From Anaeromyxobacter sp. (GTDB taxonomy: Bacteria > Myxococcota > Myxococcia > Myxococcales > Anaeromyxobacteraceae), in NCBI GenBank assembly GCA_049840735.1, contig JASGJN010000004.1:1-64000 (forward strand): a stretch of DNA of 64,000 bases, in the 5' to 3' direction. A program made the translations under genes and the position numbers. The notes under the pieces are model-generated. The model was given only the letters and a program-made list of their open reading frames with translations, did no database searches and was not told where the DNA came from. Positions 35,426 to 45,720 of this stretch are shown here, in pieces; position 1 is the stretch's first letter, and each line of letters starts with the position of its first letter.

Positions 35426-35508
35426 GCCCAGGTGGCGGAACTGGTAGACGCACCAGATTCAGGGTCTGGCGGCCTCAAAACCGTGGAGGTTCGAATCCTC
35501 TCCGGGCA
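35426..35508 (+). tRNA. tRNA-Leu (CAG)
   Basis: GCCCAGG acceptor, D-arm GCGGAACTGGTAGACGC, anticodon arm CCAGA-TTCAGGG-TCTGG, long variable arm, GGTTCGAATCC T-arm. One base appears missing in the 3' acceptor strand. Confidence 0.93.
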
Positions 35509-35512
35509 CACC

Positions 35513-35549
35513 GAGCGGGTCGGCGAAAGCCGGCCCGCTCTTCTTTTTG
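35513..35549 (+). terminator. Rho-independent terminator after the tRNA
   Basis: GAGCGGGTCGGC-GAAA-GCCGGCCCGCTC followed by TTCTTTTT. Confidence 0.75.
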
Positions 35550-35596
35550 CCCCCGGTCTGCCCGCGGGGGCGGATCCCCTTGACATCCCCGGCCGG

Positions 35597-36648
35597 TTGC
35601 AGACGAGTGCCGTCCCACGGATTCATACGCCTGCGATTGTCGGCGCCTCCGGTTACACCGGCCTCGAGCTGACGCGCCTGCTGGCGCGCCACCCCCACCT
35701 CCGCCTCACCGCCCTGCTCTCGGATCGCCGGGCCGGTGAGAAGGCCGGCCAGCGCCTGGCGCTGGAGGGCCCCGCCGCAGCGCTGGCCTACGGCGCGCTC
35801 GCGCAGGCCGAGGAGCTGGACGCGGAGGTCGTGTTCCTGGCCACGCCGGCCGAGGTGTCGGCGGAGCTCGCCCCCAAGCTGCTGGCCCGCGGCCGGCGGG
35901 TGATTGACCTCTCCGGCGCGTTCCGGCTGGCCGACGCCGCCGCCTATCCGCCCTGGTACGGCTTCACCCACCCGGCCCCGGCGCTGCTGGCGGAGGCCCG
36001 CTACGGCCTGCCCGAGCTGGGCGCGACGGGCTGCGCGGCGCGAAGCTGGTGACCAACCCCGGCTGCTACGCCACCGCCATCGCGCTGGCCGTGGCGCCGC
36101 TGGTCCGCTCCGGGCTGGTCTCGGCCGAGGGCATCGCCATCACCGCCATGAGCGGCGTCTCCGGCGCCGGCCGCAAGGCCTCGGAGGACTTCTCCTTCGT
36201 GGAGGTGGCGGACGACGTGCGCGCCTACCGGATCGGCAAGCACCAGCACGTGCCGGAGATCGAGCAGACCGTGGCCCGCTTCGCCGGGGCCTGCGGCCCG
36301 CTCTCCTTCACGCCGGTGCTCACGCCCATCCGGCGCGGCATCCTGGCCACGGCCGCCCTGCGCCTGGAGGCGGGCGCCAGCGCCGCCGACCTGCAGGCCG
36401 CCGTGGAAGGCGCCTACCGCGACGAGCCCTTCGTGAAGGTCCGCGCCGCCGAGAAGGTGATGATCAAGGACGTGGTCCACACCAACCGCTGCCACGTGGG
36501 CGTGGCGCTGGACGCGCGGGCCGGGCTGGCCATCGCCGTCTCGGCCATCGACAACCTGGTGAAGGGGGCCGCCGGCCAGGCGGTGCAGGCCATGAACGCG
36601 ACCCAGGGCTGGCCGGAGACCACCGGCCTCGACCTGGTGGGAGGCTGA
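35597..36648 (+). CDS. argC: N-acetyl-gamma-glutamyl-phosphate reductase (frameshift near 36030; start approximate)
   Basis: [54 protein letters not shown]. Confidence 0.95.
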
Positions 36649-36652
36649 TCCG

Positions 36653-38756
36653 GTGATCAGGATCCCCAAGGGCTTCCGGTTCGGCGGCATCGCCTGCGGG
36701 CTCAAGCCGCAGCGGCGCGACCTCGCGCTGGTGGTCTCGGATCACCCGGCCTCCGCGGCCGGCGTGTTCACCACCAACCGCGCCGCCGCCGCGCCGGTGC
36801 AGGACGCGCGCGCGCGCGTGCCGGCCGAGGGGATCCGGGCCATCGTGGCCAACTCGGGCAACGCCAACGCGCTCACCGGCCCGGCCGGCCTGGACGACGT
36901 CTCGGTGATCCGCTCGGCGGTGGCCGACGCGCTGGGGCTGCAGAAGCGGGCGGTGCTGACCGCCTCCACCGGCGTGATCGGCGCGCGGCTGCCGGCCATG
37001 AAGATCGTCACCGCGCTGCCGGCCCTGGTGGAGCAGCTGGGCGACCACCCCGACCTCTGCGCCGAGGCCATCATGACCACCGACACGCGCCCGAAGATGA
37101 CGGCGCGCGAGGTGACGCTGGGCGGCAAGGTCGCGACCATCGCCGCGGTGTGCAAGGGCTCGGGCATGCTGGCGCCCCAGCTGGCCACCACCCTGTGCCT
37201 GCTGGTGACCGACGCGGCGGTCTCGCCCGGCGCGCTGCAGGCGGTGCTGCAGCGGGCGGTGAGGAAGACGCTCAACATGGTGACGGTGGACGGCGAGACC
37301 TCCACCAACGACACCGTCTACCTGCTGGCCAACGGCCTGGCCGGCAACGCCCGGCTGCACGAGGCCGGCGCCGACCTGGACCGCTTCGAGACCGCCCTCA
37401 CCGACCTGCTGGGCGAGATGGCCCGCGCCATGGCGGCCGACGGCGAGGGCGCCACCAAGATGGTCGAGGTGGTGGTGGCCGGCGCGCCGGGCGAGGGCGA
37501 GGCGGAGGAGCTGGCCCGGGCCATCGCCTCCTCCCCGCTGGTCAAGGCGGCGCTGTTCGGCGCCGATCCGAACTGGGGCCGGATCCTGGCCACGGTCGGC
37601 GCGCGCGCCGGGGCCCGCGGCTGGGCCATCGACCCCTTCGGCGCCACGGTGGCGCTGCAGGGCGTGACCGTCTTCTCCGCCGGCGCGCCGGTGGAGTTCG
37701 ACCGGGAGGCGCTGCGCGCCAAGATGCGCGAGAGCCGGGTGGACGTGGGCGTGATGCTCACCGGCGGCCAGGCGCGGGCGGTGGCCTGGGGCTGCGACCT
37801 CACCTACGACTACGTGAAGATCAACGCCGACTACAGCTCCACCATCGTCCAGAAGGAGGACGGCGGCGTCGCCAAGGACGACCGCGTGGCCAACTACAGC
37901 CCCGCCTTCAAGCGGGCGCTGCTGGTGGAGGCGCTCAAGTACATCTCGGCCTTCTCCGGCCAGGTGGCGGTCATCAAGTACGGCGGCGCGGCCATGGTGA
38001 AGGACAGCCTCAAGGAGGCCTTCGCCGAGGACGTCACGCTGCTGAAGCGGGTGGGGCTCAAGCCGGTGGTGGTGCACGGCGGCGCGCCCGGAGATCACCC
38101 GCACGCTGGAGAAGCTGGGCGAGCGGAGCGAGTTCGTGGACGGCATGCGCATCACCGACGCGCAGAGCCTCCCGGTGGTGGAGATGGTCCTCTCCGGCAA
38201 GGTGAACCAGGAGCTGGTGGCGCTGCTCAACGCCCGCAACGCCGGGGCGGTGGGCGTCTCCGGGAAGGACGGCAAGCTGCTCCGGGCCCGCAAGGCGGTG
38301 CACGCCTCCGGCCGCGACCTGGGGCACGTGGGCGAGGTGGTGGAGGTGAACACCTCCTTCCTCCGGATGCTGCTCGACGGCGGTTACGTGCCGGTGATCT
38401 CGCCCATCGGCCTGGCCGACGACGGCTCCGGCCTGTCCATCAACGGCGACGACGTGGCCTCGGCGGTGGCCGAGGCGCTGGGCGCCAAGAAGCTCATCTA
38501 CCTGACCGACGTGCCTGGCCTGCTGGAGTCCTCGCCGGACGGGGAGCTGGTCCGCCAGACCACCGCGGCCGACCTGGCGCGGCGCATCGAGGCCGGCGCC
38601 ATCACCGGCGGCATGAAGTGGAAGGTCAACGCCATCCTGGCGGCGCTCCGGGGCGGGGTGCCGCGCGTGCACGTGCTGGACGGGCGGCAGCCGCACACCG
38701 TCATCGCCGAGCTCTTCACCGACCGCGGCGTCGGCACCCTGGTGACCCCGACATGA
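36653..38756 (+). CDS. argJ: Fused ornithine acetyltransferase (ArgJ) and acetylglutamate kinase (ArgB); read frameshift near 38090
   Basis: [25 protein letters not shown] and DGEGATK, then in frame [14 protein letters not shown]; the next frame continues GMRITD, INGD, GGM and ELFT. Confidence 0.9.
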
Positions 38757-39241
38757 GCAACGCCGATCGCCGCCGCGAGGCCGTGGCCCGCATCATCCGG
38801 ACGCGCCGCATCGGCACGCAGGAGGCGCTGCTGGAGGCGGTCGTCGCCGCCGGCTTCCAGGCCACCCAGGCCACCCTCTCGCGCGACCTGGCGCGGCTGG
38901 GGGCCCGCCGCGTCTCGCGCCCCGAGGGCGGCTCGATCTACGAGCTGGCCGAGGGCGCGCCCGGGCCGGCCGACGAGCTGGCCACGCTGCGCCCGCTGGT
39001 CTCCCGGCTCGACGCGAACGGCTCGCTGGTGGTGATCCGCACGCACCCCGGCAGCGCGCCCGCCATCGCGCGGGCCATCGACCTGGCCCAGCTCCCCGAG
39101 GTGCTGGGGACCATCGCCGGCGACGACACCATCTTCGTGGCCCCGGCCGGCGAGCTGCGCCCGCGCCGGCTGGCGGCCCGCCTGGCCGAGCTGCTGGGCA
39201 CGCCGGCGGCGCTGGGCGACGGCGCGCGCGCCGACGGCTGA
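38753..39241 (+). CDS. argR: Arginine repressor
   Basis: TQATLSRDL and [12 protein letters not shown] overlap with the upstream gene. Confidence 0.93.
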   Translation: MSNADRRREAVARIIRTRRIGTQEALLEAVVAAGFQATQATLSRDLARLGARRVSRPEGGSIYELAEGAPGPADELATLRPLVSRLDANGSLVVIRTHPGSAPAIARAIDLAQLPEVLGTIAGDDTIFVAPAGELRPRRLAARLAELLGTPAALGDGARADG

Positions 39242-39254
39242 GCCAGGCGACGGC

Positions 39255-39927
39255 TCAGCCGCAGAATCACCGCGCCGTCCACGGTGCGGCAGTTCATGTC
39301 CTTCTTCTGCTGCTCGTAGCGCTCGTCCATCTTGCCGGCGTCGAGGAAGCCGCCGCCCCCGCTGCCCTCGATGGCGCGGGTGTGGGCGTTGGTCTCGCGC
39401 GCCGGCGTCGGCTCGCCCGCCCCGCCGGCCGGCGCCGGCTGCGGCGACGCCGGCGCGGCGCCCTGGGGTGAGGCGCCCGCGGGCTGGCCGCCGGCGGCCG
39501 GCGGCTGCTCCGGCGCGGGCTGGCCGCGGCCGTTCTCCACCACGCCCACCGTGGCCGTCACCGGGCGCGCGCTGTGGACCCGGTCCGGCGGGACCGCGGC
39601 GCCGCCGGTGTAGTGGACGGAGCCGTCCTCGCCGGTCCAGCTGTAGATGGTCGCGTCGTCGAGCCCGGCGGGCTGGGCGCGCGCCGCGGCCGGCAGCGGC
39701 GCCGGCTCGGCGGCCGGGGGCGGCGGCTCGGCGGGCGCAGGCGCCGCCTCGGCCTGCGCCGCCGGCTCGGGCTCGGCCTCGGCAGGCTCGGCCTCGGCGG
39801 CCGGCTCGGGCGCAGCGGCCTCCCCGGCCGCGGGCTCGGCCGGCGCGGGCGGCTCGGCAGGCGGAGCCGAGGGCCGGCTGCAGGCGAGGCCCAGCGCGAG
39901 GAGGAAGGTGGCAGCGCGGAGACGCAT
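39255..39927 (-). CDS. Pro/Ala-rich lipoprotein with DUF4124-like motif
   Basis: Lipobox-like LGLAC and IYSWTGEDGSVHYT. Confidence 0.65.
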
Positions 39928-40016
39928 GTGGGCTCCTGTCCGCCGCGCAGGCGCGCGGCTGGAGGATGGTCTCACGCCGCGCCGGCCGGTGCCAGCCCGC
40001 CTGCCCCGGGGCCAGC

Positions 40017-41235
40017 TCAGCCCAGCGCCGCCAGCCGGTTCCACTCCTCCAGCGAGCGGATCACGCAGTCCTCGATGGCCAGGCCGGCGAAGTAGTTGCC
40101 GGTGATGGCCAGCCGCGAGCCGGCCAGGCACTGGTCGATCTCGCGGACGATCTCGCCGTGGCCGATGGCCGGCGAGGGGAGCGTGAGCCGCTTCTCGACC
40201 AGCTCGCCCAGCTCCGCCTCCGGCACGCGCAGCACCTCGGCCATGCGCCGCAGGCGGGCCTCGCGGGGCACGTCGCCGCGGAAGTGGAAGGTGAAGGAGC
40301 GGCGCTTCCCGTCGGGGAACGGGTCGCGCGTCACGCAGGAGTAGAAGAGGTCGTCCACCGGCACGACGAAGGCGCAGTCGGGCATCCAGCACTTCTCGCG
40401 CGGTAGCACCAGCCCGACGCTCTCCACCTCGACCGTCTTGACCCGCTGGATGGCCGCGGCCACCTCGTGGAACGCGCCCTGGAGCACCCGGACGGCCTGG
40501 TCCGGCGTGGCCGCGACCGCCACCGACGGCGCCTCCAGCCTGCGCCCGTCGGCGGTGCGGACCGCGTACCCGGCGCCGGCCGGCTCCACCGCCACCACCT
40601 CGACGCCCTGCTCCACCGTCACGCCGCGCGAGCGGGCGGCGGCGTCGCAGACCAGCTGCAGGCCGCCGTCGAAGCCGAAGCTGCGCACGAACTCCTCGCG
40701 CCGCGGGCGCTTCTTGAAGAGCGACCCGGGCCCCTCCACCGGGAAGCCGTCCGCCTTCTGCGAGGGCACCGCGGCGAAGAAGGGCGAGAAGATCCGGTCG
40801 TAGTTCCGCCGGCCGACCAGGCTCGAGTAGTAGGAGTAGACGGTTCTCGCCGTCCTTCTTCTTGAACACGCCGCGCAGGAACGCGGCGCCGGCCTCGAGC
40901 CAGTTGAGCTGCAGCAGGATCCTGGGCGGCGTGAGCCAGGTGTAGCTCGAGCCGCGCAGCAGGCCGAACTTCGCGCGGGCCTCGCCGCGCTGGACGATCT
41001 TGCCGGCGATGCCGCCGGTCACGGCGATGTCGAGGAAGTTGCCGTAGCTGTTGTAGACGGTGTGCGCGCCCATCTCGAACCAGAAGCCGTCGGGCCGCCG
41101 GTGCGAGTGGAGGCACCCGCCCACCCGGCGGTCGCGCTCCAGGACCAGCGCGCGCTTGCCCGCCTGCCCGGCCCGCCAGGCCAGGGCCAGTCCGCTGATG
41201 CCGCCCCCCACCACGATCACGTCTGCGGTCGCCAT
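40017..41235 (-). CDS. FAD-dependent oxidoreductase, HemY/protoporphyrinogen oxidase-like (frameshift near 40845)
   Basis: VVGGGISGL, RVGGC, EMGAHT, TGNYFAGLAIEDCV. Confidence 0.75.
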
Positions 41236-41377
41236 GTCTCTGCCGTCACCCCTGAGGAGCCCCCGGCGCCTGCCGGTCCCTCGCGAGGGTCGCAGAGAAC
41301 GGCGCGGCGCGCCAGCGCTCGTTTCAGGCGCGCGGCCGCGGGTGGCCGACGCTCCGGGGAGGGCTTAGACAAAGGCC

Positions 41378-42257
41378 ATGCGCATGCGGATCGGGTTCAT
41401 CGGCCTGGGGACCATCGGCGAGCCCATCGCCAACAACCTCCGCAAGGCGGGGCACGACCTCACGGTCTGGAACCGCACCGCCGCCAGGGCCAGCCACCTC
41501 ACCGCCAGGGGCGGCCGGCTCGCCGCCACGCCGCGCGAGTGCGCCTCCGGCCGGGATTCTGGTCTTCACCTGCGTCGCGGACGAGCGGGCCCTGGCCGCG
41601 GTGCTGGACGGCCCGGACGGCGCGCTGGCTGGCCTCGGGGAGGGCGACGTGCTGGTGGACCTCACCACCGCCGGCGTCGCCGCGGCCCGGGCGGCCAGCG
41701 AGCGCGCGGCCCGGGCCGGGGCCCGGTTCCTGGCCTGCCCGGTGCTGGGCTCCAAGGCCGCGGCGGAGCAGGGCCAGGTGGTGCTGGTGTGCGGCGGCCC
41801 CGGCCCGGCGCGGGAGCGGGCCCGCCCGGCGCTGCACGCGATCTCGTCCCGGCTCTTCGAGCTGGACGACCCCGCGCAGGCGGCGCTGATGAAGCTCTGC
41901 ATCAACGCCATCGGCGGCGCGATGATCACCGGCTTCGCCGAGGCGCTGGCGCTGGGCGGCGCCGGCGGGCTGGAGATCTGGCGGATGGTCGAGGTGCTGC
42001 AGGCCTCGTCGTTCCACTCGCCGCTCTTCCTCATGAAGGGCGAGCTGATCGAGAAGGGCGACTACGCGCCGCGCTTCCGGCTCAGCCTGGCGGAGAAGGA
42101 CCAGCGGCTGGCGCAGGAGGCGGCGGCCGGGCTGGGGTGCAGGCTCCCCATCAACGATGCGGTCCGGAGGCTGCTCCACGAGGCGGCGGAGGCGGGCGGC
42201 GACCGCGACTTCTGCGCGGTCGCGGAGCACCTGAGGAAGAAGAAGGGGCTGGGCTGA
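41378..42257 (+). CDS. 3-hydroxyisobutyrate/6-phosphogluconate dehydrogenase-family oxidoreductase (frameshift near 41555)
   Basis: IGFIGLGTIG, WNRT, PVLGS, MKLCIN, FRLSLAEKD. Confidence 0.88.
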
Positions 42258-42388
42258 TCCCTGGCCTTCGACTCCGGGCCGCTTCGCGGCCCTACGCTCA
42301 GATGGAATGAAGCGGCTGGCCTCCACCTCGGGGTGGTGGCACGAATGCCCCACAACGCGGTCAGAGCCGCAGAGAGTGGAGACCAGCC

Positions 42389-43423
42389 GTGGACCATATT
42401 GGCATCGACCTGCACAAGAAGGACAGCCAGCTTTGCATCCTGAACGCGGAGGGCGGGGTCCTGGAGGTGCGGATCCCCACCCGGGCCGACCGGTTCGCCG
42501 AGGTGCTCGCGAACAGGCCGCGGGCCAAGCTCCTGCTGGAGGCCTCCACGGAAAGCGAATGGGTGGCGCGGCACATCGAATCGCTCGGGCACGAAGTGAT
42601 CGTGGCCGACCCGAACTACGCGCCGATGTACGGGACGCGGACGAGGCGGGTAAAGACCGATCGGCGAGATGCCCGAGCGCTGGCCGAGGCTTGCCGTTCA
42701 GGGACCTACCGAGCGGCCCACCGGAGGTCGGAATCTCGGCGGACGGTCGCTGTCCGCCTGTCGGTGAGAGACACGCTGGTCCGCACCAGGTCGCGGTTCA
42801 TCACGGTGGACCCCGGACGTCCTTGCGGAGCCACGGGCTACGGGCCCCGAGCTGCGAAGCCGAGCACTTCGCGCGAGTGGTGTTGGAGATGGCCCTGCCG
42901 GACGAGGTCCGCGACGAGGTCGAGCCGTTGCTGCTGATGTTCGACACGCTGAACGCCCGGATCGCCAAGGCCGACGCTGACCTCGAGGCCATCGCCCGCG
43001 ACAGCGCAGTGGTACGGAGGCTCACGACGGCGCCAGGCGTGGGCGTCGTGACGGCCATTGCGTACGACGTCGTCATCGATGATCCCAAGCGCTTCCAGAG
43101 TGCCCAGCAGGTGTCCGCCTACTGCGGCCTGGTCCCTAGCGAGCTGAGCTCGGGCGAGAAACAGCGCAAGGGGCGGATCACCAAGACCGGCAACGCCAGG
43201 GTGCGCTGGCTTCTCGTCCAGGCCGCGCACTGCGTCTTGCGCAGCAAGAGCGCAGAGTCGCTGCCGCTGCGCGAATGGGCGGGGAAGATCCACCGGCGGA
43301 GGGCGACGCGCAGTCGCCGTCGTGGCGCTGGCGCGCAAACTCTCCGGAATCCTGTTCGCGATGATGAGGGACGGGAAGGACTTCGACGGCAGCCGCACCT
43401 GCAGGGGAAACGCGATGGCCTAG
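42389..43423 (+). CDS. IS110-family DEDD recombinase/transposase (frameshifts near 42810 and 43300)
   Basis: IGIDLHK, LLEAS, KTDRRDA (DEDD); PGVG; GLVPSELSSG serine loop; ITKTGN. Confidence 0.93.
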
Positions 43424-43718
43424 ACGACCGAAATCGGACCCAGTCGGGCGGACGCCGGGCCGGAGATCCGGGAGTGAGGCGAAAGCGGGTTTCGAGACAG
43501 GGTGAGCGCGAGTTCGGCCTTGGCCGGTCACCAGGAACGGCCGTCGCTCAGATGGCGCCCCCTGCTCGAATCCCCCACTGCGCCGGCGGCACTGCCGCCC
43601 CTGTTGAGCGCGAATAGAAGGCTGATGGAACTCGCGTTCGCCTGACTCCCTGACCGATGGCCAACCAGCGCCGCCCAGGCTTCAGGACAAACGACATCAC
43701 CGGCCCTTGACCGGGGAC
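43424..43718 (+). ncRNA. Putative bridge/seek RNA in the IS right end (boundaries unknown)
   Basis: Stem-loop 43491-43570 with internal-loop segments GTTCGGCCT and CGCTCAG matching the two halves of the target. A second loop holds ATAGAAG, matching the IS right end. Confidence 0.75.
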
Positions 43719-43787
43719 GCCGCTTCATAGAAGGCCGAACGGTGAGGGCCGGACCCGCAGAGCCGGGCCGCTGCGCGGCCCTACGCT

Positions 43788-43995
43788 CAATGCCGGTCAC
43801 TTAGGCAGCCGCCAGTTGCGGTCGTAGTGGCTCATCTTGATCTTCACCGCCCTCGGGTATCGACGTTTGGAGCGGCGAGGTGGCAAGACGAACTGGCTGA
43901 GATCTTCGGTGCTTCTCTCGATGAACGCCGAGAGCTTGCCTGGGCTCACCAGCGCAGCCAGGCGGAGGGTGTCGCGAGCCAGTCGGAGTTCGCTC
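43788..43995 (-). pseudogene. IS4-family remnant: terminal inverted repeat plus transposase C-terminus
   Basis: CAATGCCGGTCACTTAGG resembles the IS4 terminus (TAATGCCGATCAGTTAAG as recalled). Peptide ..SPG..LPPRRSKRRYPRAVKIKMS is typical of IS4-group C-termini. Confidence 0.75.
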
Positions 43996-44043
43996 AGGCC
44001 GAGCGGGGGCGGCACCCCGAGTTGACCCGGGGTGACGCAGGAT

Positions 44044-44093
44044 CCGTTCGCCCTGAGCGTAGCGGGCCCGCAGGGCCCGCGGAGTCGAAGGGC
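44044..44093 (-). repeat. REP-like element (CCTTCGACTCC-hairpin-CTACGCTCAGG.CGAACGG family)
   Basis: CCGTTCGCCCTGAGCGTAG-CGGGCCCGCAGGGCCCG-CGGAGTCGAAGGGC; same family at 42263, 47442, 47619, 47949, 56008, 56655, 63581 and 63688. Confidence 0.85.
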
Positions 44094-44102
44094 AGGGATT
44101 CG

Positions 44103-44480
44103 CTAGTGCGTCGTCATCGAGAGCGCGTCCCCCACGACCTTGACCAGGTCGTCCAGGTGGAACGGCTTCTTCACGTAGCCGGCGGCGTGGCCGATGGGCT
44201 CCACCACCCGCGCGACCTCCTCGGGCGGCGTGGCCGACACGAACAGCACCTTGGGGCACCGCTCCCCGAGCGAGCCGCGCAGCCGCTCGAACAGGACGGC
44301 ACCGCTCATGCGGGGCATCCGATAGTCCAGCAGCGCCAGATCCGGGGGTTCGCGCTCGGCCAGCTCCAGGGCTTCCTCAGCGGTCGAGACCGAGACGGCC
44401 GTGTGCCCCATGCGCTTGACCGCCAGCTCGAGCGCGCGGCGGACGATGTCTGTGTCGTCTACGATCAGGACCTGTGCCAC
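44103..44480 (-). CDS. Single-domain response regulator
   Basis: VLIVDD, LLDYRMP, VSA, KPF. Confidence 0.9.
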   Translation of the reverse strand: MAQVLIVDDTDIVRRALELAVKRMGHTAVSVSTAEEALELAEREPPDLALLDYRMPRMSGAVLFERLRGSLGERCPKVLFVSATPPEEVARVVEPIGHAAGYVKKPFHLDDLVKVVGDALSMTTH

Positions 44481-44655
44481 GTCGTGCGTTCTCCGGTGCT
44501 GCTCCCGGTCCATGGCACATGCGCGTACCGTGCCGCGGCGCGCCGGAGGAATATGTCCACGGATCAGGGGATTGCACCGGCTTCGCTGAGAGTGAGGATG
44601 ACCCCAGGGTCCCTCGTGCCGGGTATCCTACTTCCCACCCCTGCCGGAGCAACTG

Positions 44656-45720
44656 TCAGACAGGCGAGCCGTAGCGCGCCTGCATCCTTCGGACGCGCTC
44701 CCCGAAGTGGCGCCTTGCCGCAGCGGGGGCGATGACCTCCGCCTGCCCCCCCAGGGAGAGGGCGAAGCGGGTGGCCCACTCCTCGCCGGCCTTCACCTCG
44801 ATGACCGCGCTGCCGTCCTCGCCGCGCTTCACCAGCGCGATGCCGGGGCGCGAGAGCGCCCAGCCGGCGGCCGCCGGCGAGATGCGGATCCGGACCGGCT
44901 CGCCGGAGCCCTCGGAGAAGAGGCGCGCCCGGGCCAGCTCGGCCTCGGCCGGCGGCTCGAACCGCTCCGCCAGCACCTGCACCTCGCCGATCCGGTCCAG
45001 GCGGAAGGCCAGCGCCTTCTCGCGCGAGGCGTCGTGGCCGTAGAGGTACCAGTGGCCGAACCGCTGGGCCAGCGTGTAGGGCTTCACCGTCCGCTCGGTC
45101 TCGGCGTCGCGCGAGGCGGAGTGGTAGGCCAGCCGCACCGCGCGCCGCTCGGCGATGGCGCGCTGCAGCCGGCCCAGCACCGAGTCGCGCGCCGGCGGCG
45201 CGCCGGCGTAGATGCGCCCCACCAGCTCGTCGAAGGAGGCGCGGCGGTCGCGCGGGACCGCGTCGCGCAGCGCCCTCACGGCCCGCTCGCGCCCCTCGCC
45301 GCCCAGCGCCTGGGCCGCGGCGGCCAGCGCGGCGGCCTCGCTCTCGGTGAAGCGCGGCGGGCGGGAGAAGGACTGGTGCAGCGCCACGTAGACCCGGTCC
45401 CCCTCCACGTACAGGTCGAGGAAGTCGTCCGGCGCGAAGGGCGGGGAGCCCACGTTGAGCAGGAAGTCGAGATCCTCGAGCAGCTCCTTCTCGGTGCAGC
45501 CGCAGCGGCGCGCCAGGTCCTTCACCGGGATGCCCGGGTGGCGGACCGCGTACGGCACGAGGAAGAGCACCCGGCGCAGCCGGTCGCGCGGGTCGTTGCG
45601 CGCTTTGTCGGCCCGCGGCTCGGCCTTGCGCGCCCGGGGCGCGGCGGCGCCCCTCCGCCCGGCCTGGGCCTCCGGGGCGGCGGCCTCGCGGCGGCGGGCG
45701 GGCTTGCGGGCGGCGGTCAC
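44656..45720 (-). CDS. PafC-like HTH-WYL protein
   Basis: RLRRVLFLVPY..DLDFL HTH; ERTVKPY, GHWYLYG, AFRLDRI; GTG start overlaps the upstream stop. Confidence 0.85.
   Translation of the reverse strand: MTAARKPARRREAAAPEAQAGRRGAAAPRARKAEPRADKARNDPRDRLRRVLFLVPYAVRHPGIPVKDLARRCGCTEKELLEDLDFLLNVGSPPFAPDDFLDLYVEGDRVYVALHQSFSRPPRFTESEAAALAAAAQALGGEGRERAVRALRDAVPRDRRASFDELVGRIYAGAPPARDSVLGRLQRAIAERRAVRLAYHSASRDAETERTVKPYTLAQRFGHWYLYGHDASREKALAFRLDRIGEVQVLAERFEPPAEAELARARLFSEGSGEPVRIRISPAAAGWALSRPGIALVKRGEDGSAVIEVKAGEEWATRFALSLGGQAEVIAPAAARRHFGERVRRMQARYGSPV

Larger units (their letters stand above)
42302..43733 (+). mobile_element. IS110-family (IS1111-type) insertion sequence inserted in a REP-like repeat
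   Basis: Sub-terminal inverted repeats ATGAAGCGGC (42307-42316) and GCCGCTTCAT (43719-43728); core AG at both junctions. The flanks rejoin to CTACGCTCAGGCCGAACGG, which is intact elsewhere in the window. Confidence 0.93.

Noticed and set aside
35426..35508. tRNA-Leu as integration site of a genomic island
   Set aside because: The break is at the tRNA 5' side, there is no integrase or att duplication, and both flanks carry core genes of different phyla.
35550..35640. ARG box upstream of argC
   Set aside because: No recognisable AT-rich palindromic ArgR operator; only a TTGACA hexamer at 35580.
43707..43733. Circle-junction promoter using TTGACC near the IS right end
   Set aside because: A -35-like hexamer is present, but I see no convincing -10 at 16-18 bp spacing in the reconstructed junction.
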